In this document: positions 21,227 to 32,799 of the stretch, in pieces | Position numbering within the stretch: position 1 is the first letter of the stretch | Layout: each line of letters starts with the position of its first letter | Origin: Marsupella aquatica | Lineage: Eukaryota; Plantae; Marchantiophyta | DNA: 64,000 nucleotides | Assembly (NCBI GenBank): GCA_973895155.1 | Contig: OZ316894.1 | Coordinates: 16,350,116 to 16,414,115 of the forward strand | Reading direction: 5' to 3' | Notes under the pieces: generated by a model | Database searches by the model: none | What the model was told of the DNA's origin: nothing | What the model saw: the letters and a program-made list of their open reading frames with translations, nothing else | Position numbers and translations under genes: made by a program

Positions 21227-23262
21227 TGCACCAGGAAAACTAGTTTGTGGACCCTTGTTTTTATGCTTGTGACTAAACTATACAATGTCCCCCCACAAAG
21301 GTTGTTGGAGCTCTTTTTTGGCTCTTGCTCAAGCACCACCCTTTGTCTCACCACGGATGTATAAAGCTTAGACCCCCTTAGTACCTTATTTGGCAGACCT
21401 CAATGAGATCTGGTGGCACTTCAAGCCAAACATTTTCATCAACCTATGAGGTGATTGAGCTCACAATCAAATTCATGAATTAGCTCGAGAGGCAAGAGGC
21501 TTGGTCTCATAGGTTGATGAAAATGGCCTCCAAAAGAACAATTGACTAACCTAAAGTACTTTTGGTAGAAAGTGCACACGGTCACCATGAATTATCAGCA
21601 TTTGATCTCATTTGTCGATCTGAAAATTTGACAACTTGCACCTTTTCTTGTGACTGTTGTCCACTGTCCACTGTTTTAGAAAATGATTGATTGTATACAT
21701 TGATCAACCAGATCCAACGGCTAGAGTTAGTCATTGTGATTTTTTAAAGTAAATTAATTACATATAAAAATGCCTTCATTTTAATAATTCAAAAAGTAAA
21801 TAAAATGGTTACAAGCGGTTACTATTTTGCCTCCACTCTTGTTATTTGGTACATTCATTTTCAATTTTCTTAAGTTTTTACTGTTCGCTCGTCTAATTAT
21901 TTTTTTCGGCATCGCAACAAACAAGAATGGTCATGGTTTTTGTCACAATAAATGTTGTCGCTCAAGGTTTGCGGCAGGAAGTGCTGATGTGGTGCAACCA
22001 CATGCCAGGATTTTTGCAAGAGACTTCTCATGGGGTCCTGTACAAACTTCATAATCTGTCATTTTTAGTTTAATAAGTATTTTGCAATCATTTTTAGCTA
22101 GGGCTAGATAACTTAACTCAGGTTAGCTTAGAAAGATCCAATGGTAACCAAACTTTACATCTGATCCTAACTTGCCCAACCCCTATTGCTGTCCAAAGTG
22201 GGGTGGGTCTCTTCCTATCACAGATTGAAACAGCTTGGGACAGGATGACAACAAGACTCACAGCCAGTGTGGGGGTAGGTAGGAGGCCAGGAGACACCAA
22301 TCAAGGTTGAGGGTAGTTCCAACTTTTGATGCAAAAAAGGCATAAGATGGCCGTCATCCAAGGATTTCTGAAAAACTCAGAGTGAGATGTGTTGTGCCCA
22401 CAACAGCCCTGGGCAGGAACAAGAATGGGAACCTGAGGCACCATCAAAAAGTCAGAACTGGCACTACAGCCCTCGCAAGTGAATTCAACAGAATTGAAGG
22501 TGAGAAACATTTTGTGATCTTCACAGCAGCAAGATTGAGTTTTGCCTCTAGTTGCATGTCTACTCTAGCAGGAGAATAAGCATTTTGTCCAAACTTGGAG
22601 GTCTATAATATTAGTAACAACTGCATGACACTTGCCCCCTGATGAATCCAGTTTCCAGAAAACTCTACTGTCTAGGGTTATGTGGCTCTTTTATTCATGA
22701 AATCAAGTGTCACACCCTTACGAGTACTATTAGAGTATGTCATGTTGTCTGAGTTTAGAGCTTTCATGTGTGCTATTTGAGCACTTTAGGGTTTCTCTAC
22801 ATTTGGAGGTATAGTTATCCCTTGTGGCGGCTTGGAGTCTTCATTTTTTCCATGTTGAGCCTTCAAGCATGAGCTTTTGGTGGCTATGGTGTGGCCAACC
22901 AGGTTGTGTGCACATGAACGTGGATTCCTTGAGTGAAAGGTGCGCTCAGCTTGACATGGGGTGTGATCGGATTGGGCATGACTGATTGCGTATTGTTGGC
23001 TACAATTGCTATTCGATTTGTTGGACATGTGTGAACATGAGTTGCACTTGTATTCCATTCTCCTATGTTTGTTTGTGCTCTATGTTTAGATGTGTGTGAC
23101 ACGCGATATATGTTGTGTAGCGATATGTATGTGCACGACACAGGGGACATTGGTAAACTTTTGTTCACTTGGGGCTTTAGCACATTGATTTGGATATTTG
23201 ATCTTGCCCAAATATTTACAGCGAATTAAAGTGCTTTTAATTTTCAGACAATGTTAGCATAC

Positions 23263-23666
23263 TACCATCTTCCCCCGAACACACGCCATGGCCTTGTATT
23301 TGAATAGTGGGCCATGGGGCGCTCTATTCAAATAGTGTGCCCTAGGCGTTGTATTCAAGTTTTGACTATGTATTTTAATTTTTTGTATAAATATTTACGA
23401 TGTGTTTGAATATTGGCATTGTCATGTGATTCTTGACTGTTTTACTATTTGTGCTCAATGTAGAATAGTTTAGGGTCCAATCTCGGACAAAGTGTCCAAC
23501 TCGAACACAAAGCCAATATTCAAACAGAATGGCCGGGCGCTCCCGTGGGCGCTGTGTTAAAATGACTTAAGTTTGTGTTTGAAGAAAAAATACTTTTTCT
23601 TATGGAGACCTAAAAAATCCATTTTTGAACACAACTCCCAGGTGCTGTGTTTGGGGGAAGATGGTA
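23263..23666. mobile_element. Tc1/mariner-pogo-type MITE (~400 bp)
   Basis: TIRs TA-CCATCTTCCCCCGAACACA / TGTGTTTGGGGGAAGATGG-TA with TA at both ends (probable TSD). Non-coding AT-rich interior. Confidence 0.8.
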
Positions 23667-25069
23667 ATGTGTAACATATGTCGTAGGCTTCAGATTTTAC
23701 AAGTTATCAATTCTTCCACCCATGATACTTGACCGCTGCTTGCCGATATTTCCACTCACAGAAATCAGTGTAGGTGCAAATGCTTTGAATTGAAATCGGC
23801 TTCCAATTCCTTCAATGTTTCCGTATGGCTTCAATAAAAATAGTTCACATATTGAATGGATTGGTAAGATAAGAGACCATTTATTACATTAATGTAGATG
23901 TTAGGGACGGTGAAAGAAAGGCCTTGATTGCAAACCTTGAAAACAATGAAAATTTTGAGCTTGTCATGGAAACGAGCATGGAAAGCAATTCAACTAATAC
24001 ACCCTCTCTCTGAATACACCCAAGTAAGAGCCCAAGCCATGGACAGCCTTTTCAACTTTGTCACAGCTAACCTGTTCATTGCCCAACAGCTGAGACAAAA
24101 AGGGGGCTCTCAAGTAATATATTGTGGGTGATTTTACTCAGTGACATAAATAAACATATGAACAATGTTGTTGCATAATTGAACATCCCGACCAAATTGG
24201 CTGACCATTTCTCTCTATGATGCTTTGACAACACTAACAAGGTGCAAAAGGAGTAGAATACCCCGTAGAATACATATCCCTTCCAAAATCTTATAATTAT
24301 GTGACATATGGAAACTGAATGAATGGTTCTCGCCTTAACATTTTCTATTGCCATTGCATTTTTCAGTCATGCAAAGAAAAAACTACCATGGTGCCTCACT
24401 ACTAGACTTCAATCTATTCAATCAATGAACATATCAAATTTCAATAATTGGTGACTAATCTTAAACATACTCAACAAACATGAAATCTATCTAGTGGTTG
24501 AAGCTCAACAACAGCTCAACCAAGCAGAAGCTGTTGCAACTCCAAATTTCTTTCCCCCTCCTTGTCCACCTTAATTTTCAGCCTGTTTTCTCACCTGAAG
24601 TGGGTTTGACTAAAAACCCTGGAAGAATTACTCCTATTCGGCTTGTTGCTACCCATGGTGCTAATTTTCTGCCTGATCTGAATGTGAATAATGTTGTCTA
24701 TAAAAGTAGTTTTGTCTGTACTGCCAGTTCTGTTGATGCTACAATAACCAACTTCCCATTTCTTAAGCATTCCCCACTCATAATTATAGCATTTATCTTC
24801 CTCATTGTCATAGTCAGCAAAATGGTCCTCACCATGGTAGCTCCACCTCCCCGAGTTGGGATAAATGTCACTCATCAGCGTCATCAGAATTCAAAGCAAC
24901 AGGGCTGTTGATAGTCTCCCACAACCTGACAGCATCCTGGAGTTACACAATTGCCCGCCTTAGTTGTTTTTTCTTATTCTTTGAATGACATACGTCTATC
25001 ATTGTAATGAGATGAGTTTCCAAAGTACTCAGGATAACCCAACCAAGTGAACATCCCAAGAACTAAGAG

Positions 25070-25400
25070 TATGTAGCTTCATTTCTCTCCTTCCATATAC
25101 TAGATCACATCTCCATGATCATAACCACCAGCCTTGGTTTCCTTTTGTGCATCTTTAGTGCTGCAATAATCGGTTTTACAATGTGCCCATCCGCTTCTTC
25201 AAGGCGACACCATGCTGAACAAGCTGTTGAACCTCTCTCCACCTAGCAGTGATGGTGCAGCAGCTGAAAAACAGGTGTTCTGTGTGTTCAAAGCGGTTTT
25301 AGCACCTAGAGCAGATACCTTCATAAACTTCCCAATGGCTTGCCCTACCATTGGTCAAGAAGCCATGGTTCAGTAATCTTCAAAGGAAAATCTCACCTTG
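25070..25400 (-). mobile_element. Degraded L1-clade LINE ORF2 C-terminus (zf-RVT); adjacent 24500-25700 is probably further LINE debris
   Basis: Minus-strand translation IFL*RLLNHGFLTNGRASHWEVYEGICSRC*NRFEHTEHLFFSC...W, then M*SSIWKERNEA. These are the CxxC-E-HLFF-C zinc knuckle and IW.ERN motifs, with stop codons. Confidence 0.75.
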
Positions 25401-28400
25401 GGAAAAGGACCATCCTCACAACAATTTCTTCCAATAGGTTTGCCAGCATTAAGCTGGACCAGTTTGTCCCTACCTTCTTCAATTCAGCCTGGGTGGCTCC
25501 TTTCTTCTTCAAATTTTGGTTCTTCTTTGCATTGGTTTAGTCCTTGAGTTCTGGTTTTTCATTTTCTTCTTCTCTAAGAAACAATGAACAAGACACCCTC
25601 CTAATTTTCATCTCCTTTGGTTTGCTTGACTCTCCTCTCTTATCCTCCTCTCCTCATAACCAATATCCTTTTCTTGACCTCCGTTGCCTCTGCAAATATA
25701 ATCACGTGGCAACTTAAAGTTGAGTCCCCCAGGCTTTGGACATGCTTTGCATACTAAAAATTGCAAGTCCTAGGCCTTGCAGCAAGCCCGCATTAAGCTT
25801 CTACTGACTATCTTTGATTAATTTAGTTTGAGAATTTTAATATTTTCCTTACTTTGCTGTGATATTTCAATAATTTGTGTTAATAATGTGAAAGATGATT
25901 TTGATTTCAAGAAGTATTAAATTAAATATTGAATAGAACTCTTTTCTCCTTTGAATGACAATGTAGATGAAGTCTTAGTCCATCACTCCACATTGTAGTA
26001 GTTGCCATGTGTATATAGAGCATCCCAGAAGGGGATTACGTCCTCTCTTATGTCCTTCCTTGGTCACCTTCCTCTTCTAGCTCATCTGTTAGACCCAAGG
26101 GTCATGCACCTCCCTTTCACAGGAGTCATCCCATGATTAATTCCACAAGTATGTAATTTGATTAGGATACACACATACACACCAAATGACTCAATTTACT
26201 TAACAATTGGACAAAAGCCCTTAGTCAAGTGTGCATCGCTTGAGCATCCACCATTGCTCTCCGCTATCCACCCACATTCCCTCAGTCTAGACCGTCCTCC
26301 ACACACCCATATGCACTCCGAAGATACACTACGATAAATTAGTTTGAGTACCACTAGGGAGACATAAACTTGAATTCATTCAACAATTTGAATCAATGAA
26401 GACTTTGTTGTGTACGCAAAGAGATGCATGTTAGAAAATATGTGTGAATATGTAGAATAGATCCGGCCGGAATGGTATGTAAGTGACATCAAATTTTGTC
26501 TCGATATGGCTGAATTAACCTTGAAAGTAAATAGGGTTTATAATTCTATCTTATGTAGGGACAACGCATTGGGAGAGTCATTCATTGTTGCAAAGTAGTG
26601 GCAGCAGAGGTACTATAATGAGAGTAAGGAGCTACGGTTAAGCTTTAGGGCTATCTATGTGATGAGTTTGCCTTATCCTGGAATTGGGAACTTTGTTGCC
26701 GGCAACAGATGCAAGCAGTTCAAGTGATTCCCAAGAACAGCTGATCAATTTTGTCACATCAATTTGTTTGACGTAACATAAGATAATTTGAAGGTCCCTT
26801 AATTCCCTTAATTGCTGGCTCATGGATATCAGGGAAGGTACAAGGACCTGAGGAACGCAAAGCAATATTAGAATTGCCTAAGACTTACCTGTGCACAGAA
26901 GAGTCCTCCTTGCAATAATTGTAGTGTAAACGGGACAATGTGAGCCAAGCTTCAGTTGCTGCAAAAAGGAACAAAAAAATTGGGTAGCAACAGAGAAAAT
27001 GATCACATACAACTCCACAAAGAGTGTCTTCCTAGCTCCTCAATCCTTGTGCATGCTACAATCAGCACAACAGCACATACTAATTGATACAAAATGTAAG
27101 TAAATAAACCATCCTTACAACAATATGTAAACTAAAGTTGTATACACAAATTCTCACAAAACTGAGACTTTAGAGATTCCTCGAGAGAAGCTAAGCATTC
27201 CTTCAAACGGTAGTATTTCCCAAAATTCAAAAATATAATGCAAAACACTAATATATCAATCAAGAGAATTCCAAAAGGTCAGTTTCTTTAACCCTAGTCG
27301 TTGTTTATTTCAAATCTTACTCTTCATCATTGTATTGTTTTTACAGTTACTAGGTCTAACTGTTTTTTTTTGCCATGCCACAAACACAAATCATTAGGTT
27401 TTGTTTTTCTTGCAAAACCACATTTTCCTGTTTGTGGCTAACATTGCTGATGTGGCTCAACATGGTGCCAGAGATTTTGGAAGGAGCTTCATATGGGGGT
27501 CCCTAATTACAAGAGCTATGTGGATTCCCAAATAGATATTTTTCAAGGTTATTTTAGTTTAGCAATTGTTTTGTAAAGCATATGAGGTAAAATAAGGTAT
27601 TTTAAACTCAGAACTGGAGAATGTTCTTTATGAGCTTACTTTATTACTAAAATAGATGATTAAAATTGATAGCAGATACTTTTGTTCATACAAATATTTT
27701 CTTATAATATGGGTATTTACATTAGGCCAGGATCACATGCAATATCCCAAATATAACCCCTGAGCCTGTGCATGCAAGCTGAGTGGAACAAGACCTTTCA
27801 GTTCACGGCCCAATGCATGCACTGGTCACCAATGCTAAATTATCAGTCGCCATTTTGACCAACAAGATTGTCAGTGAATTGCACCAATGCAATAAAAAAA
27901 CTGTTTCAATTGAGCTGGAAGCCATGAATATGAAGTGTATGGAAAACACCTTTAGAGAGCTGCATTCTATCAGCTCTCAAGTGGGGTTGACAGGTTTTAC
28001 CCTTCTATCTCCAAAATGCAGGGAAGATCAGGGTTGAAGTTTAGGGTCTTGGGGACCCTGAACTGAGTTGGTAGAACGCCAGGCCATCTACTCTCCTTTC
28101 TTCATCCTGAAGAGGGCAAGGGTGTGTGCTAGTGGAGTACGGTACTCCTCATCTAATGCACGATCTATAAATGCAATCAGTGGATAAGTGTTGTCTGGTA
28201 GTGTAGTCCCATTATATTACAGTATTTTCCCCTTAAATGCACCCCAAAATGCACTTCTCATAAGTATATCTTGACCCTCACTAAATGCCAAATATATGTC
28301 CCTCACTAAAATACAAATATTTGCATATCCCAAGAGCACAGTAGATTTATTCTCTAAGAGCACTCCCACCAGTCTGTTAGCAAATATAGTGAGACCAGCC

Positions 28401-29272
28401 GATGGCCCCTCTGTCTGTGTACCCTGATGTCACGACCCAGCTTTTTCCCTCCCAAGGCTGACAGTCCTCTGCTCCACAACCTAGTGGGACAAAGCCCGCT
28501 GAGACCAATCGACCACCACAATTGGCCCTCTCACTTTCAATCACACTTCTCTGCAGCTGCCCTGGTGAGTGCACTCTTCTCCCATGGTTTGAACAACGGC
28601 TGGCGGTTTTTGATGAGTGTGAAAGGCAGGACTAGTCCCCACTCTAGTAAGTCCTTTTCAGGAACTGGGACAGGCGGATGCCTCACTGGATCACTAAATC
28701 ATCCCGATGATGGGGCTGGCTGTTTGGTGGGCACTCTCCAACTCTCCGGGATTTTTGGGCAGGGCTATGGGGTCAATTATTTTTTGTCTTGAAAGGAAAT
28801 GAGTAAGAACACTTAGTATATTCTCCCCACCCAAAAAGTGACATGCGTTTTTTGTAGGGAACCCATTTCAGGATGAGCCCCCACAAGACAACTGCACCAC
28901 GAGGAAGTGAAGATTAAATCAGGGTCTCAAAATGGGCCACCAGGGGGTGAGGAGATAATCAAAACTCCATCCACTACCCACAAAACCCATCCCACATACC
29001 CTCCACACCCCTCTATGGGGAGGGGGGATTGTGTAGGGTAGTAACCCATCCCCAGGTGGGGATGGGATACCAAGTTTAAACCTCTAAGGCAGTCCGCAGC
29101 CAGGACTCCACTTGTGCCCTTCCATGGAAAAAGTTTTAAATGCATTTTTTAACTTTCAGAATCCCCAGGCCAGGCCCTGGGGTTCAGTGGCCTCGCCCCA
29201 GGGTCATGTTTCATAACCACTTGTAAGAACACACAAAAAAATTAAAAATAAATAAATTCACGAGAGGATTAC

Positions 29273-29626
29273 GGACCTCTCAGTCTCAGGCTAAAATCCC
29301 CTAGCCAACTGACCTATGCCATTTGGTTGCGGGGTCAGTTTCCATGTCTGCCCTTCGGCCCTTTTCTCTTGCTGCCCTCTATCCACCACCAATGGAGGAC
29401 AGGGCGATCCATCCACAACTAGCAAAGCAAGGAACACGAGGTTTACTAACCTGGGACCCCTCAGCTCCAGGTTAAATCCCCTAGCCAACTGACCTATGCC
29501 ATTTGGTTGCGGGGTCAGTTTCCATGTCCGCCCTTCGGCCCTTCCGCCCTTTTCTCTTGCTGCCCCCTATCCACCACCAACGGAGGACAGGGCGATCCAT
29601 CCTCAACAAGCAAAGCAACGAACACG
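29273..29626. repeat. Tandem duplication (~180 bp x 2) immediately upstream of RPL27
   Basis: AAATCCCCTAGCCAACTGACCTATGCC...GAACACG occurs from ~29294 and again from ~29474, with a few substitutions and one ~8-bp indel. Confidence 0.9.
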
Positions 29627-29741
29627 CTCGAGCATTGAGACTTGAGAGAGGGCGAAGTGTGAAGAAACGTGTGACGAAACGCGAAGAGAGAACGAGCCCA
29701 TCCACAAACGCGACTACTCTCTACGGCTCGAGGTCGTGGCC

Positions 29742-30984
29742 ATGGCAGCAACAACAATGGCAACACTGGCAGGGGCGCTGCAGGGCCTCGCGCTCTCGTC
29801 CAGCTCGAGCTCCTCGTTCATGACCGGAGGCGACTCCGCCATGGCTCCCGCTAGCTCCTCTGGGCGCGTCCCAATCCGGCAGCAGCAGCAACAGCATCTG
29901 GGCCTTACCATCGAAGCCGCGCACAAGAAGGGGGCTGGCAGTACCAAGAATGGCCGAGACTCCAATCCCAAGATGTTGGGAGTCAAGATTTATGGCGACC
30001 AGCCGGCTCAGCCCGGTGCCATCATCATTCGCCAGCGTGGGACGAAGGTAAGCGACTCACACTTCCGGACTTCACTTTCCTGTATCGATTTTTCGAGTCG
30101 AGTCAGTCTTCGTCCCCCTCATGTATGTATATTGTTCGTTTCTGTAGAGGTTGAATGTTTAATATTTGAATGATGACTGTGTGACAATTATCGCGAATGG
30201 AATCACAGGTATTGTCTAGAATTTGCCTAATTGGAAGTTTTCACGTCGGTGCAGTTTCACCCTGGAAAGAATGTTGGACTGGGAAGGGATTACACCATCT
30301 ACTCTTTGATCGATGGTCTCGTAAAGTTCGAAAAGTTCGGCCCGGACAGGAAAAAGGTACCCTCAATGTGTCCCTTGAGAAGTTAGTGAAGCGGAATTTG
30401 AATCCTGTGCATTACAGTAGAACTCAGATTTCTAGGCACTGGGTTTTTCATCAGTTACGACACCACTCTTCTTGCAACTTCTCTCATCACAGATTCTGTC
30501 GTGCATGGAGGGATCTCCCTTTCGAATGAGCTCCCAGCAGTGCTCGCTCGTAAAATTTGTGGAGCGTCTTTCAAGTTCCAGACACTTGATTAATTCATCG
30601 ATTCGTGTTTCCACTGTGATTATTGAGATGTTTTATAGAGATGTTTTAGTCTTCCTATCCAGTGGGATTGGAGCCAGGCTGGGCCACATTTAGTCTGCAT
30701 TGAAGAAAGTTGATACGTGGCAAGGGTATCGATGTGTCAGTTGTACCGGCCATGACCTGCAGGTTTGTATGATGCAGGTTAGTGTTTATCCAATTCTCGA
30801 GGAGAAGGTGGAAAACCCCAACTGTAGGAGAGTGAAAAGGAGGGAGGCATTTAGAGAAAAGCGTGAAAAGAAGAAAGCATTCCAGCTGTCGAGGGTTTTC
30901 GGTGATGCTGGATTCCAATTGGTCGGTCAGCTAGCTTCGATTCCCGAAAGTGACGAAGAATCAGAAGCCACAGCACTGGCTTAG
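29742..30984 (+). CDS. RPL27: Plastid 50S ribosomal protein L27 (bL27c) precursor
   Basis: Exons 29742-30047, 30255-30356, 30778-30984. Ser/Ala-rich transit peptide, then [26 protein letters not shown]...IIIRQRGTK|[31 protein letters not shown]|VSVYP, plus the plant C-terminal extension. Confidence 0.95.
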
Positions 30985-31977
30985 TCAAGATTTTTTTCTA
31001 GACGCTTCGAAAAGCTCCACATTAAGAGAACTACCGTCTTTGCCAGGATTGCAGAATTCTAGGAATGTTTGTTTGAATAGATCGGTCGAAACCTCTTATG
31101 ATCAAAGATAGTACAGGTGATTATTTTTCAAGTAAAGTTTGTCCATCAACCATACATTATTGTGAGTGGTGTGTTCTCAAATTTTCTTCTTTTCTAAAAG
31201 CTTGGATGTTTTGTCAAAACTTTCCTTGTAAATGGAGGAGGTACTAGTTTGCCCAGTTCGCACTCGTTTTCAGACGCTCACCTTATTGACTCTTTATTTT
31301 TCCGTTCAATTTTACAGTTCTCCCGAGATTGAGACCTCTTTTCAGATACGGCTAAAACTACCTTGAGAGAGGGGTTTTTTTCACTGACAATTTGGAGTGA
31401 CTGTGTTTTCGGTGCTCCACTTGGCCGAGATAATCTGTAAATTCCGGACCGGATGAGCTGGGGCTGATTATATGACGCATTAAACAGTCTACTCTGCAAA
31501 CAATGACATTAGTAAGGTTTACCTGCATCATGGATACCGAGTGGTCTCTAACGCATTAAGTTGCACTCTCAGTAGAATACAGCTGGACTTCATCATAAAA
31601 AATAGGAAAGGTTTATTTTCGCGAGTCTTGAAAGTTTGCCTATTTTTATTCCCGAAAATGATACACCGCCATAAACCGGGGATGAGGCGAGAGCAAGAGG
31701 ACGCTGGCGAGGAGAAATTCGAGCTCTATGAATTGCTTGTGAAGTGAGCAGAATATGCTGGACCTAATGTTGTTGATGATCGATACCACGGTATCAATTG
31801 CCTCTGTTTTGCAGGACTACAAACGTTCATTTACACCACAAGCTCCCCAGGGGCTACCCACAACACTCATTTCTCAAATAGTGCAATCAAACGAACATAT
31901 GGTATTTGCAGGATTTTTTTTTAGTATAGTGTCATCTCATTAGTTCGCCTTCGCGAGGGCAACCTGCACCTCAAAAT

Positions 31978-32195
31978 AGATTCCACAAAAACTGCATCTA
32001 AAAATTGTTCATAACATTTTTAAAATTATCACTGAAAGTAGTTTGTAGTGTATAAGTACCCTATGATGGGAAGTGAGTGGGAGAAAACAGATTCCACAAA
32101 AACTGCATCTAAAAATTGTTCATAATTTTTTTTTAATTATCACTGAAAGTAGTTTTTAGGGTATAAGTACCCTATGATGGGAAGTGAGTAGGAGA
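31978..32195. repeat. Tandem duplication ~111 bp x 2
   Basis: AGATTCCACAAAAACTGCATC...GGGAAGTGAGT at 31978 and 32089. Confidence 0.88.
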
Positions 32196-32799
32196 GTCTC
32201 CAGGGTAAGATTTTGTGTTCAGTATTTTTATTTTAATGTGCTTTAACTAGGTGAATCATTTGCATTAATTTGAGCTTGAATTAACTTTTGGACCCCTTTT
32301 AATTTTAGTGAACTTAGAGTATTCTTAATGTATTTAGCTCCCCTCATAAATGTTTAATCTTTCCATTTCAATCACTACTTAGTGGATTATCTTTTTCTCT
32401 CATGAGAGTGAGAGAAATGAGTTTGAACAATGTGCACATTTGGTGTACTAAGTTCCTCTCGTGGTTTCTTTTACAAAACTTACGGTTTTAATTGAGTTGA
32501 TTGTTTACCTAGAAGCAAGTGAAAATCTGTGTAGTATGTGCACAACTCTTTAGTATCTTTGTACTTTCTTGGTCATAATGTGCTTTTCTTTTCATATGTA
32601 CTATGTCACTCACTTTTAATTAACAGATATTAATTTCTTGGCATATACTTTACATGTACCTACTTCTTTTATCACAAATAAATCAAATGAATTACATATC
32701 ACTACAAGACAAAAAAAAGGCATGCTCCAGGATGAACATGCTATATCATCGATGCTTTTGGTAAAAGCTTGCCAGGCTTGTTGACTTCAATTTGCCAGT

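Noticed and set aside
27780-29150. Short ORFs in a GC-patchy region upstream of RPL27
   Set aside because: No domain, consistent splice pattern or terminal structure was recognised; probably old TE debris.
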